DNA from: a bacterium | Lineage (GTDB): Bacteria; Hinthialibacterota; Hinthialibacteria; Hinthialibacterales; Hinthialibacteraceae | Reading direction: 5' to 3' | DNA length: 64,000 bases | Assembly (NCBI GenBank): GCA_963663405.2 | Contig: CAXXSM010000122.1 | Coordinates: forward strand, 64,001-128,000 | Part shown: positions 22,746-33,191 of the stretch, piece by piece | Layout: each line of letters opens with the position of its first letter | Numbering within the stretch: position 1 is the stretch's first letter | Position numbers and translations under genes: made by a program | The notes under the pieces: generated by a model | What the model was told of the DNA's origin: nothing | Database searches by the model: none | What the model saw: the letters and a program-made list of their open reading frames with translations, nothing else

Positions 22746-23591
22746 ATGAAGTGCAGGAAAAACAATCTTGAAATCCACTTTGAGGATTTCAAGAAAGGAT
22801 GCAGTGATACGTGGGAAAAAATCTATGATGCCTTGAAAAAACTGGAAGGCGTCCCGGAGCATTTAATGTTCATCGAAAAACTGGACATTCATGCGGAGAA
22901 AATTTATTTCGATGCGCTCAAAGTACTTTACAGGCATCGGGAGTTGTTCCTCAGCCTGAGGCAATTCTTGAAAACATTGCATCGTAGCCTCAATGATTAT
23001 TTAATACTTGCCAGAACACAGCAAATGCATGACAGACTTGAAAACTTGATTAATGAAAAATCATTCAATGATTTCCTCTATCGGCGGCCCGCCAACAACC
23101 TCAAAAAGGTTATGAATAACACATTGTTGGCGGCGATCGAGGAAAGGCTGTTTAAGGATTTAAGAGTAATCAGCGATACATATTCTCAAGGAAGAAAATT
23201 CATTGCAATTCGATCATTCGAGATCGCAACCTCGGGAATGAAACGATTGAAATCGAGAGACTCCGAATTGAAGCGCAAGAACCCGCAGATCAGACCGAGC
23301 TGGTATTGGGCTTATCACCTATCGGGATATTCATCTGAGGGAATCGAATGGATTTTTGGGTCCTCAATGTGTGGATTTTCGGAAAAAACCTTAAACAGGC
23401 GAATCCCAGGAATTCACGATGACCTGACGGAATATTTCAATCCTTTCATCGATGGAAAAGAAGATCGTGGAGTCAAGGAAATGTTGATTTCACTCATCCC
23501 AGTAGTGGAAGAGGAGAAACCGGAAGAATACGAGAGAATCAAGCCCGTCGATCATAACCGAACGAATATCAGAGTGAGAATGGAGGCGTAA
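22746..23591 (+). CDS. Hypothetical protein, possibly a divergent sigma-70/ECF-like regulator
   Basis: 281-aa ORF with RBS. AEKIYFDALKVLY...FLKTLHRSLNDY resembles sigma region 2; LSGYSSEGIEWIFG...SEKTLNRRI resembles a region 4 HTH. Confidence 0.5.
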   Translation: MKCRKNNLEIHFEDFKKGCSDTWEKIYDALKKLEGVPEHLMFIEKLDIHAEKIYFDALKVLYRHRELFLSLRQFLKTLHRSLNDYLILARTQQMHDRLENLINEKSFNDFLYRRPANNLKKVMNNTLLAAIEERLFKDLRVISDTYSQGRKFIAIRSFEIATSGMKRLKSRDSELKRKNPQIRPSWYWAYHLSGYSSEGIEWIFGSSMCGFSEKTLNRRIPGIHDDLTEYFNPFIDGKEDRGVKEMLISLIPVVEEEKPEEYERIKPVDHNRTNIRVRMEA

Positions 23592-23593
23592 TC

Positions 23594-24562
23594 ATGGTTA
23601 CCACGTATCATCACGCGCCCAAATTATACGCTTCTTTTACCAAAGACAAGAAAGATGAACTGAACGATTTAAAGAATAAATTCTTGGATTGGATCAAATC
23701 TGAAACGTTCAAGGATGATAACCCCACATTCCTGACCACGCTTCTCCAACTCCCTCATGCAGAGAGCGATATGGACTTGTTTCTCCTGCAGGAACAAGCG
23801 AGGGAGCTGTTCGCGGTCGTCATCAAGGATAAGACGGAATTTTTGAGTTTGTATTACAAAGCTATTTCTGCCAGTCAGGAGATGAGTGGCAGCGTGATTG
23901 GAAAAAGTGTCGCCCAGGGATTGGAATTTCTGATAAACCAATGCCAAAAGGAGAGTTATTTCTCCAATTTGCGTGACAAAATCCATCACAAGGAAAAATA
24001 TCTTCTATCGAAAGGGATCGATGTTCGTAATCCCAAAACGTGGCATGTTCAATTTTCTCCTTATTACATGAGGGAAAGAGAAAATATCGGTAAGGAGATT
24101 CTGACTTTTCGAACCCAGTTTGCTCTGGGCTGGCGTAAGGTGGCGCAGTTGAAAATGAAGGCGCTGGATATGCAACTACTCATGCTCTATTTCGAGGCGA
24201 AACTGGCAGAAACCCAGCTGGACTACGACGATAAGAAATTACTCGAGGATATCCGATATGGATTGGGTTTCAATACTTTGGAGGATTACTTCCCCAAAGG
24301 AACTTCCCCAAAGGAACTTCGAATGGAGTTGGGTTTATCCAGCTGCATAATTGACGGACTCATCGATGAACAGCAACGAGTGAAAATCCTGATCGATAAA
24401 TTGAGCCGATTTTCCCTGAAATACGCTAAAATCGATATCAAACAAGAAGAAGAGATGCTAAAAAATGACGAATCCGCATCGATTAAAAGTCCAATCGTAG
24501 GGAAAATGTTTTATCGCCGAATTCAACACAAAAACAATCGTCGGATGAATCAAAAACCTTGA
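23594..24562 (+). CDS. Hypothetical helical protein, translationally coupled to the upstream gene
   Basis: 322-aa ORF starting 2 bp after the upstream stop, with a GGAGG RBS. No family recognised. Confidence 0.7.
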   Translation: MVTTYHHAPKLYASFTKDKKDELNDLKNKFLDWIKSETFKDDNPTFLTTLLQLPHAESDMDLFLLQEQARELFAVVIKDKTEFLSLYYKAISASQEMSGSVIGKSVAQGLEFLINQCQKESYFSNLRDKIHHKEKYLLSKGIDVRNPKTWHVQFSPYYMRERENIGKEILTFRTQFALGWRKVAQLKMKALDMQLLMLYFEAKLAETQLDYDDKKLLEDIRYGLGFNTLEDYFPKGTSPKELRMELGLSSCIIDGLIDEQQRVKILIDKLSRFSLKYAKIDIKQEEEMLKNDESASIKSPIVGKMFYRRIQHKNNRRMNQKP

Positions 24563-24822
24563 AATTAACCTCGAAATAGAAGCGACTCAGACGAAACGGC
24601 CAGATTACTGGCGAATCGTTGCCATTCTCTTTGAGCATATTTAAATGAAAACAAATACCGGAGGCTTTCAAAATGAATATACCGGTTGAATATTTAATGC
24701 ACCAAATTCCAAATCCATTCGATTATCCGCAATTAACAAAAAATCGTAGAAAACATTATCCTTTCATAAACATTTGTGAACTTGATAACCGATAGAATTG
24801 GAGATAGTAAAAATGAACGAGA

Positions 24823-25119
24823 ATGAAATTATTATCATCAGTCGGAATGAAAAAGAGGTGGTTGAAATTCGAGATATGTGTTACCAAAAAGGAATTAGAA
24901 AGGGGAAAAATCATGCGACAGTCGGAAAAAAACACCTTACAAGTACTTGCAGAAAGCGCTGTTAAGAGCGTTTTTGGTTTTATGGAAAAAGAAGAAGCCC
25001 GAAGATATACTTCTAAATTACTCCAAATTAAAATCTCTCCAGTTCTGATGGATAATCATTTGGAGATTCTTCGAATTTATCGTAGAGAGTGCATGACTCT
25101 AGATAAAATAGAATGTTAG
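24823..25119 (+). CDS. Hypothetical protein, probably cut by IS3
   Basis: Short ORF (alternative ATG with AGGGG RBS at 24913) ending where IS3 sequence begins. Confidence 0.3.
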   Translation: MKLLSSVGMKKRWLKFEICVTKKELERGKIMRQSEKNTLQVLAESAVKSVFGFMEKEEARRYTSKLLQIKISPVLMDNHLEILRIYRRECMTLDKIEC

Positions 25120-26419
25120 AAGTTATCTCCAGGCTTGTTTTCACGCAAGCAGGAAAAGAGTCAAGCGGAAGCCGAAGAACTGACGTCGGAACTTTACCGC
25201 CAGATTGGACAAATGAAAGTAGAACTTGATTGGGTAAAAAAAAAGTCGAACGTGTTCAGTTAAGAAAAGACGAAGTTGGATCGAACTAACTAATTCTGAG
25301 ATTTCAATAAAGCGGCAATGTGAATTGCTGGGGTTGTCTCGTTCAGGATTTTATTATCAACCCGTGGGCGAATCAGCCGAAAATGTAGCGCTGATGAACC
25401 TGCTTGATGAACAATATACCCGGACACCGTTTTACGGAATTCGGAAAATGCAGAAATGGTTGAGAACTCTAGGACGGGTTGTGAATAAGAAACGAATCGG
25501 TCGTTTAATGCGAGTGATGGGCTTGGAGACGATCTACCCGAAGCCTCGTTTGAGCCTCGGAAATGTTCAGCATAAGAAATATCCATACCTGTTGAAGGGA
25601 GTGAAAATCGAAAGACCCAATCACGTGTGGAGCACCGATATCACCTATATACGTATGCGCCAAGGATTTGTTTACCTGGTGGCGATCTTAGACTGGTTTA
25701 GTCGTTATGTGGTGTCATGGAAAGTCTCCACTTCGATGGAGGTTGACTTTTGCCTCGAAGCGTTGGAGATGGCTTTTGAAATTGATAAGCCAACGATCTT
25801 CAACAGTGACCAAGGCTCTCAATTCACAAGCACGGATTTTACGAGTCGCTTGAAGAAAGAGAGGACTCTCATCAGCATGGATGGAAGAGGCCGAGTGTTC
25901 GATAATATTTTCGTCGAACGGTTATGGCGGTCAGTGAAATATGAGGAGGTCTATATCAAAAGTTACGAAACGGTGAATGATTGTGTGCGCGGACTAACGG
26001 ATTATTTTCAGTTCTACAATAATGAGCGTCTACACCAAGCCTTGGGATATAAGACGCCGCTTCAGGTTTATAGAGAACACTAGAAAACTTGACGGTCCAA
26101 GAACTTTGCGTTTGAGTTTTTTAAGGCATTGGCAAATGCTCTGGATTATCTTGAAATGATCGAAAAAAGGGGATGATCTGATACGTCTCCCGGGCGACAA
26201 TCCGTCGCACACGCACCAGGATATCCCTTGACCGGTTGCTCTACAGCAGAGCCGATCTCCGTTTCTCCTGGTAGTGTATAATATCGGAAAGTTTTATGAG
26301 AATCTGGAATCATCATGATTTCCGGATCCCAAATAAGGAGACTTGAGTTGAACGAAATCGAGGTTGAAAACCTACTTTAAATTTCCTTGATTCCTGTCTA
26401 GACAATGGGGTACACCTCA
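25115..26419 (+). mobile_element. IS3-family element, left end missing (orfA remnant and orfB 25325-26083)
   Basis: orfA tail LYRQIGQMKVELDWVKKKS with an A8G slippery site; orfB WSTDITY, FNSDQGSQFTS, DNIFVERLWRSVKYE; right end ...GGGGTACACCTCA. Confidence 0.88.
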
Positions 26420-26420
26420 A

Positions 26421-26894
26421 TCTTTTGGCTATAGACTTAAAACCCGTTCAGTAGAAGGAGCGGAAAGGCTCCCTGGTAAAAACAACAGAGCTCTTGCGTT
26501 AATCAGCGCCCATTTGAAAGCGCGCTTAGGCATACCACTTTATTGCCAACAAGAGGTAGCGGACGCCGTAAACGATCAAACGCACATTAAACCAGATTAT
26601 GTAACTCCGGCTAAAGACCTCGGTACGATTGGAGTTCTTGACGCGTTCATGGAAGAAGCAGCCATACAGCGGATAAAAATCGATTCAGCCGTGATTGTCG
26701 GGCATGCGCATCACGTAGCTCGCGTTGCCCTTATACTCGCTGAGCACAATATCACTCCCGTGATCCCTGTTGAATCGTATATAGAGTACGATCCGATGGA
26801 AGCCCAGGAACGAGTGGTCAGTGAACACACCTTCATCGTTTCGGAGTGTGTAAGTGTTGCATCTCATCCCCCTTGGAAAAGATCGTTTTCCTAA
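26421..26894 (+). pseudogene. 5'-truncated hypothetical protein (possibly YdcF/DUF218-like)
   Basis: Frame is open back to the IS3 end (SFGYRL...PGKNNRALA...QQEVA...VIVGHAHHVARV). Confidence 0.45.
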
Positions 26895-26945
26895 AAAGTA
26901 TCACTGAATGAAAACAATCTATCCTAAAAAAATACATGCTATATC

Positions 26946-26972
26946 GCTCCGCCCTCGGCGGGGCTTCTTTTT
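26946..26972 (+). terminator. Rho-independent terminator
   Basis: GCTCCGCC-ctc-GGCGGGGC stem followed by TTCTTTTT. Confidence 0.75.
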
Positions 26973-27124
26973 GTGTGCCAGGCATGGCGTGAATCTAGGA
27001 GGTGAAAATCCTCTCCAGGCCCTAATGGTGGGAACTGGTAGTCGAAAGCAAGGGCGTTGTCGCGAGACGGGGTCTGAAGGAAGCTGGAGACAAAAGTCGG
27101 ACTCGACAAACTGAAATCGGATAA
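26973..27124 (+). ncRNA. Group IIC intron 5' fragment (domain I)
   Basis: Begins GTGTGCCAGGCATGGCG immediately after a terminator, as is typical of class C introns; contains GGTGAAAATCC and CGAAAGCAAGGG...CTGAAGGAAGC elements; cut by a Tn end. Confidence 0.75.
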
Positions 27125-27264
27125 GGGTACTACGCACATTCGTCCGTAAATGGGCGCTAGGAAACCTTCACTTTCCTTCGATCCAAGATGTAATCACCAT
27201 AAAGAATGATATTTTCCCAGGAAATGGGGCTGACATGCTGAATGAAATCGAGGTCGATGTTGTC
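27125..27264 (-). mobile_element. End of a second Tn3-family transposon with the tnpA 3' tail
   Basis: IR GGGTACTACGCACATTCGTCCGTAAATGGGCGCTA; minus strand encodes DNIDLDFIQHVSPISWENIILYGDYILDRRKVKVS-stop, a typical TnpA C-terminus. Confidence 0.75.
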
Positions 27265-27336
27265 GGGGTATGTTCGGAATACGTGTAATAAGTAGTCACT
27301 TCAGCCCATTTTCCGAACAGTATGGGTGAGGCCGTG

Positions 27337-28071
27337 TTAAATTCCGATCTCGCCAACCGCCTGCTGATACGCATTCTCAGTACTCTCCAGCGATAAATGT
27401 TGATAAACCTCAAGACTTTTCTTGCTTTCATGTCCGGAAATTAATTGGATTTGCGCATCCGACAACCCTTTAGATGTAAGATACGTGATCATTTGGTGAC
27501 GAAAAAGGTGAGGGTGTATCTTTTGCTCGATGCTAGCCTCTTTGCGGTATTCTTGTACGATTTGCTGCACCCGCCGCGTAGTAAAAGGCCCATTCCGGGT
27601 GGTTTCAAACAGGTACACATTCGCAGGGTTGCTCTTGAGATAGGTTTTTAAGACTAATCGAAAATTTTCCGGAAAGAGAATATACCGGTCTCGAAATCCT
27701 TTTCCTTGCTGGATGAAAATCTTGCAGTTTTCAATATCGATATCACTGACTTTTATCTTGACGAGTTCGCTCACTCGCAGGGCGGTATAAAAAAGGAATT
27801 TCAGCATAATCTCATGCTGTAGATTCCCGCACTGCTGAATGATCTTAAAGAAACGTTTGAGTTCGGAGTCGGGCAGAAGTTGAGGCAGAATGCGTTTTCT
27901 TTTGGGTCTTTTCAATCCTAACTGCTTGCGGGCTTCCTGGCAAACATAGATAAAACCATCGTAATCAAGATGGGCTTTTCGCGCCAAGCGAACGATTTGG
28001 CTTACGGTTTTCGATTTCGCATTTTCGTTTGCGGATACGAAATTGGAAGCCTTTTTTGTTCTTTTTGCCAT
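27337..28071 (-). CDS. Tyrosine recombinase (cointegrate resolvase)
   Basis: YTALRVSEL, QGKG..DR, HPHLFRH, SGH and Y motifs; lies inside the Tn3 IRs. Confidence 0.88.
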   Translation of the reverse strand: MAKRTKKASNFVSANENAKSKTVSQIVRLARKAHLDYDGFIYVCQEARKQLGLKRPKRKRILPQLLPDSELKRFFKIIQQCGNLQHEIMLKFLFYTALRVSELVKIKVSDIDIENCKIFIQQGKGFRDRYILFPENFRLVLKTYLKSNPANVYLFETTRNGPFTTRRVQQIVQEYRKEASIEQKIHPHLFRHQMITYLTSKGLSDAQIQLISGHESKKSLEVYQHLSLESTENAYQQAVGEIGI

Positions 28072-28169
28072 GAGTAGAGCCCTTTTTCTTCTGTTTTTAT
28101 TCGTCTTTTATCTATTCTGCGAAATCATATATTGTTCCCAATTTCCTGTAAAGTTATCTGAGGATTCCC

Positions 28170-31163
28170 ATGGCTTCAATCGAACGAACGGCTTATCCCT
28201 ATTTCCACAACCAACTTACGGAACAAGAATTAGAAAACTGCTACGAACTGTCTGATCCGGAACGACGTTTTGTCCAGTTGAATGCAAACGGAGCGAGCCA
28301 GCGTCTGACATTAATGGTTATGCTCAAAACGCGCCAGCACCTTGGATATTTCCCCATGCTAAAGCACGTGCCCGAACAAATCCTGGATCACCTTATTAAA
28401 CAATTCGGCTTTTCTCTACCCCCTCCTTTGCTTGACGAGGATAAACTGAAAAAAACACTTCACCGATATCGTAAGGCCATACGAACGTATCTCAACAGCA
28501 AACTCTTTTATGCCCAAGAAGGCCGCAAATGTGTTCAAACTGCTGTTCGCCGCGCGGCTTACACGATGAGTGATCCAGCGGACTTAATTAATGTAGCGAT
28601 TGAAATACTGGTCAAAGAGAACTTCGAACTACCGGCATTTAGTGCACTGGACCGCATGGCCGGTCACATCCGCCAAAAAGTTCATCAAGAATTGTATAAC
28701 AAGATCACTTCAAAACTATCCGCTCAACAGCGACGATCATTGAACACCTTGCTGGAAATACGCTCCGGAGAATCTCAGACAGATTTCAATCGTCTCAAAC
28801 AAGCGCCAGGAACTCCTACACTCAAGCATATGCGATGTTGGGCGGGACGGCTCGCTTGGCTTGACTCGATACTCGATCCAAAACCCTTTTTTGAAGGGAT
28901 CGCCCATACGAAGATTCGTCAGTTCGCTGCGGAGGCAGAGGCCCTCGAAGTTGGAGATATGCGAAAAATCCAGCAACCAGGAAAACAGTACACGTTTCTT
29001 CTGTGTTTGCTTTACCATGCACAGGTTAGAACTCGAGATAACCTGATTGAAATGTTTCTCCGGAGAATGCAGCGTTTACATGCAACAGCCGAGGAGCAGT
29101 TGCATGTATTACAAGAAAAGCATCGTGTGATCGAAGAAGAAATGATTACCGTTCTGGCTGAAGTCCTTGATCAGGAGAACGGTGAGTGTTCTGACAAAGT
29201 ATTAGGCCAACGAGTACGCCAAGTATTGGCTGCACATGGTGGAGTAGACACGCTGAAGATGCAGTATGAAAAGGTCTCTGCTTATCACCACAACAATTAC
29301 TTTCCATTGCTGTGGCCCATTCACGCTCGCAATCGAGCCACGTTGTTTCGGTTGTTGGATTTACTTCAGATTGAGTCGGCCACTCAAGACACCACCTTGC
29401 TCGAGGCCCTGGCTTTCATTCGACGTCACCGTCATACACGGCGAGATTATTTACCTCATGAAATTGCTCTTGATTTTGCGACTCAACGCTGGCAAGCGTT
29501 TGTACAAAAAAAGGTTCGCACCAACAAGGAAGAATCTCTATTGAACCGGCGGTCGTTGGAAATATGTGTTTTTACTTATATAGCCAAGGCTTTGCGAAGC
29601 GGTGATTTGTATGTCGTTGAGTCAGAAGCATATGATGATTACCGCAAACAACTACTACCCTGGGAACAATGTCAAACTCGATTGGCGAATTACTGCAACG
29701 CGCTTGACATTCCAAACAACGGACATCCGTTCGTAACGCAATTGCGTGAGCAACTGATGGAATTTGCTCAGAAGGTCGATAGCAGTTTCCCCGATAACAC
29801 CGAGTTGAGCATTGATGACAATGGAATTCCTCATTTGAAGAAGCAGGGCGCCTTACGTTTACCCGATGGATTTGCCGCGTTTGAAGAAACCGTCAGATCT
29901 CGGATGCCGGAACGTCATCTACTTGATATTCTAAAAAACGTCCAGTACTGGACAGGCTATTCACGGCATTTCGGGCCACCATCGGGAACAGATCCAAAAC
30001 TCGCCGAGGCGATCAAAAAATATATGTTCACCGTTTTTGGTTACGGCTGCAATCTGGGAGCCAGCCAAACCGAACGTCACGCTCCAACGGATATCAACCG
30101 GCACACGCTACGGCGAATTAACGCACAGCACATTACTACGACCAAACTTGAAGCGGCTTTGTGCGATATCATTGCAGAGTTTGTCCGCTTCGAACTTCCC
30201 CAATTCTGGGGCAGTGGAAACGTGGCGATTGCCGATGGAACTCATATCGCATTACGCGAAAACAATCTTCTTGGCGAACGTCATATCCGTTATGGGGAAT
30301 ACGGAGGCATTGCCTATCATCACATCTCTGACATGTACATTGCTTTATTCAGTCACTTCATCGCTTGCGGCGTTTGGGAAGCAGTGTACATCCTCGATGG
30401 TCTGCTCAAGAACACATCGGCTCTACAACCGAACACTGTTCATGCTGACACGCATGGACAAAGTGAACCGGTCTTCGGTTTAGCTAAATTGTTGGGGATC
30501 AAACTCTTTCCTCGTATGCGAACATGGAATGACGTTATATTCTATCGCGTAGACAAGCAGACCACTTATAAACATATTGATGCGTTATTTACGCAAGTGG
30601 TTGACTGGTCATTGATTGAACGGCACTGGCAAGACATGATGCAGGTGGTTCTCTCGATCCAGGCAGGAAATGTGTTACCATCCATGCTGCTCAGAAAACT
30701 CGGTTCGCATAATCGAACCAACAAATTGTACCGGGCTTTCCGGGAACTGGGCCGAGTCGAGCGCACATTATTTCTTTTACGCTATATTTCTGAACCCGAA
30801 TTCCGATTTACGATTCGCTCCGAAACGACAAAAATTGAATCCCATAACAGTTTTCTCGACTGGATATCTTTTGGAGGGCCCATGCTTAAGACAGGTGATC
30901 CTGTCGAGCAAGAAAAACAAATCAAATACACGAACCTTATCGCCAATGCGGTTATGTTACACAACGTAATAGATCTGACGGAAGTTCTCAATACAATGAC
31001 AACGGAAGGTTATGTAGTGACATCCGAATTACTCCGTAGGTTGAGCCCATGTATGACCAGACACCTCCGCCGTTTTGGCCAATACACTTTGGATATGGAG
31101 GCTCGACCCGATCCATTGGTTTTAAATCCATTACAGTTCACCAACAACGAAAATCTGAAGTGA
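28170..31163 (+). CDS. tnpA: Tn3-family transposase
   Basis: 997 aa; IERTAYP N-terminus, ADGT, EAVYILDGLL, HADTHGQS, FRELGRVERTLFLL, K.ESHN. Confidence 0.95.
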   Translation: MASIERTAYPYFHNQLTEQELENCYELSDPERRFVQLNANGASQRLTLMVMLKTRQHLGYFPMLKHVPEQILDHLIKQFGFSLPPPLLDEDKLKKTLHRYRKAIRTYLNSKLFYAQEGRKCVQTAVRRAAYTMSDPADLINVAIEILVKENFELPAFSALDRMAGHIRQKVHQELYNKITSKLSAQQRRSLNTLLEIRSGESQTDFNRLKQAPGTPTLKHMRCWAGRLAWLDSILDPKPFFEGIAHTKIRQFAAEAEALEVGDMRKIQQPGKQYTFLLCLLYHAQVRTRDNLIEMFLRRMQRLHATAEEQLHVLQEKHRVIEEEMITVLAEVLDQENGECSDKVLGQRVRQVLAAHGGVDTLKMQYEKVSAYHHNNYFPLLWPIHARNRATLFRLLDLLQIESATQDTTLLEALAFIRRHRHTRRDYLPHEIALDFATQRWQAFVQKKVRTNKEESLLNRRSLEICVFTYIAKALRSGDLYVVESEAYDDYRKQLLPWEQCQTRLANYCNALDIPNNGHPFVTQLREQLMEFAQKVDSSFPDNTELSIDDNGIPHLKKQGALRLPDGFAAFEETVRSRMPERHLLDILKNVQYWTGYSRHFGPPSGTDPKLAEAIKKYMFTVFGYGCNLGASQTERHAPTDINRHTLRRINAQHITTTKLEAALCDIIAEFVRFELPQFWGSGNVAIADGTHIALRENNLLGERHIRYGEYGGIAYHHISDMYIALFSHFIACGVWEAVYILDGLLKNTSALQPNTVHADTHGQSEPVFGLAKLLGIKLFPRMRTWNDVIFYRVDKQTTYKHIDALFTQVVDWSLIERHWQDMMQVVLSIQAGNVLPSMLLRKLGSHNRTNKLYRAFRELGRVERTLFLLRYISEPEFRFTIRSETTKIESHNSFLDWISFGGPMLKTGDPVEQEKQIKYTNLIANAVMLHNVIDLTEVLNTMTTEGYVVTSELLRRLSPCMTRHLRRFGQYTLDMEARPDPLVLNPLQFTNNENLK

Positions 31164-31202
31164 CTACTTATTACACGTATTCCGAACATACCCCTTGTTT
31201 TG

Positions 31203-32135
31203 TTAAGCCAGTATTTCTTCAAGCGTTTTGAGACTTTTTTTATGCTTGGCGGGATTCTTCTCGATCAGTTTTTGTAGATTCTTCTGTTTCCAGCGAACCG
31301 CTGGCATGTTCTTCAGAATGGGCGACGGAAATAAATCCCATTCAGGTTCGCCTTTCTTAAAGCTAATCAAAAACCGTTTGTCTTTGTCACTCATACTCTT
31401 GTGAATTTCTTTTACAAGCCTTTCTCGTGTTTCCTCAAATTGTTCGTAGGAGAAGGGTTCCAATGTCATGCCCTTAAACTTTTTTTCGAACGTATCTTTT
31501 TGATCCAGAAAGTTAGGATGGATCATTTCATTAATTGGCCGTCCGCCGCCTAACAAAATGGCAAGAAACCCGGTTTTGACGGCATCGGTAATCCCTTCTT
31601 TTTGCAAAAGGTTATGAACGTCAAACAAGTCGCGTGGATGCTGGCGGTCCAGTGCGGCACAGATTTTCCCGCCAAATAGTTCTTGATGGGAGATCACCTT
31701 GATCGCTGCGAATTTCTTGAAGGCCGCTTCGACAACATCGGAAACCGGCATAACGCGGCTCGGCCATATTTCGCCACGCAACGTCGTATTAACTTCGATA
31801 ATGATGTCGGCTGTAGAGGGTCTTTGCAGAATGACCGAGAGTTTGGCTTCCGCTCCATCACTCTGGCTTATGGTTTTAACGTCAACCTCAGGAAGGGCCG
31901 ATTCCAAACGGTTCTTTATACGTCCCAGACCGTTGGCGATATTCTCCAGGGCGGTATTTCTACTGTCCAACGGTGTATAGCAAAGATCAATATCGACGGA
32001 CAAACGAGGCATATCCCAAACAAAAAGATTAATCGCCGTTCCGCCTTTAAGCGCAAAGATGTCCTCTTCGTCAACGTGGGGCAATACACGCAAGAGAAGG
32101 TTCACCTTGGCTTCATAAATTGGATTAATTTTCAC
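31203..32135 (-). CDS. abiEii: AbiEii/AbiGii nucleotidyltransferase toxin (type IV TA)
   Basis: FALKGGTAINLF...RLSVDIDL and GKICAALDRQHPRDLFD. Confidence 0.92.
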   Translation of the reverse strand: MKINPIYEAKVNLLLRVLPHVDEEDIFALKGGTAINLFVWDMPRLSVDIDLCYTPLDSRNTALENIANGLGRIKNRLESALPEVDVKTISQSDGAEAKLSVILQRPSTADIIIEVNTTLRGEIWPSRVMPVSDVVEAAFKKFAAIKVISHQELFGGKICAALDRQHPRDLFDVHNLLQKEGITDAVKTGFLAILLGGGRPINEMIHPNFLDQKDTFEKKFKGMTLEPFSYEQFEETRERLVKEIHKSMSDKDKRFLISFKKGEPEWDLFPSPILKNMPAVRWKQKNLQKLIEKNPAKHKKSLKTLEEILA

Positions 32136-32899
32136 AATTCCGCCAACTCCTGCGGTACGCTGATTTTGTATTCCGGTATGTAGACGCCCCCTTTAACAAT
32201 TGCCCGATCGCCTTTTCCGGTATCAATATGATCTGCATTGAAATATTTAAACCATTGATGTCCGGCTTTGCCCGCCATGTACAAAAACAGCCTTTTTACC
32301 TTGATGGATTTACAGTCTTCCAGAAGAGGCTGTAAAAGACGTGGACGCAAATTGGCAAGGCCCTCCATCAGGTGATAGCATTCCACCAAATCGAAATGAT
32401 CCGGAACAAGATAAAGACATTCAAGTATGGCTCTTTCCGGTTCGGATATTTTGAGCGTTAGTTGTTCCTTCTGATAGCCGCTGATGCCTTTGCCGGTTGG
32501 CAAAAAATTGGTACGCGAGACAAGCACTTCGTTTCCCCAGTCCTGTTCCTGAAACCATTTGGGTAACGAGTGGCCACGTGGCATAAAAATATGCGCGATT
32601 TCACCGCTCCATCGTAAATAATGGGTGTATCCTTGCAGGGAAAGCGCCGTAAGAGCCCCGGCATGGGCTTTATGGTCTGTCTGATTTTGTAAAGCGGATA
32701 GCGCCGCTTTCCAATCGACTTCGCAGCCTGCCCGTTTATATGCGCCTTGTCCAAGGCTTTCCAGCCACCCGGTTCGGCGATAATAACGTTGCAAGTCATG
32801 CGATATATGGTGAGTATTCAGCCATGACGAAAGACAGACTTGTCCTTTGGGGCATAGATCCAGCAACTTCTTTAATTTTGTATCTGAAACCGTAGCCAT
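32132..32899 (-). CDS. abiEi: AbiEi antitoxin / transcriptional regulator
   Basis: GWLESLGQGAY, TALSLQG, SEPERAILECL, LRPRLLQPLLEDCKSIKVKRLFL; overlaps the toxin start. Confidence 0.9.
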   Translation of the reverse strand: MATVSDTKLKKLLDLCPKGQVCLSSWLNTHHISHDLQRYYRRTGWLESLGQGAYKRAGCEVDWKAALSALQNQTDHKAHAGALTALSLQGYTHYLRWSGEIAHIFMPRGHSLPKWFQEQDWGNEVLVSRTNFLPTGKGISGYQKEQLTLKISEPERAILECLYLVPDHFDLVECYHLMEGLANLRPRLLQPLLEDCKSIKVKRLFLYMAGKAGHQWFKYFNADHIDTGKGDRAIVKGGVYIPEYKISVPQELAEL

Positions 32900-33006
32900 G
32901 CTACGAATATACCATTATTTTTAATGTAGAGAAAGACTTCATATCAAATTGATATCCAGTTATTTGGGGTGACCGGTAGCAACGGGGCAGGGGAGAGTGA
33001 TAACTT

Positions 33007-33042
33007 GGGTACTACGCACATTCGTCCGCAAATGGGCGCTAA
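33007..33042 (+). repeat. Tn3-type terminal IR, same sequence and orientation as 27125
   Basis: GGGTACTACGCACATTCGTCCGCAAATGGGCGCTA (1 mismatch), followed by a res-like region and a resolvase. Confidence 0.8.
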
Positions 33043-33191
33043 CGGATTCTCAATGATCGATCTTTCTTCCCTTTCAAAAAGGTATTACCATTTGATTTTG
33101 TTATGAAAGAGGTTTATGCAAGGCGAAAACCGGGGGTTTTAGTGGTTTTGGGAATCCTTGCATAAACGAACGTTTTTGAAGGAATAAAAAC

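Larger units (their letters stand above)
27265..31194. mobile_element. Tn3-family transposon with tyrosine-recombinase resolvase (Tn4430/TnpI-like organisation)
   Basis: Perfect 40-bp IRs GGGGTATGTTCGGAATACGTGTAATAAGTAGTCACTTCAG; flanks TTGTC and TTGTT; divergent recombinase and tnpA. Confidence 0.93.
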
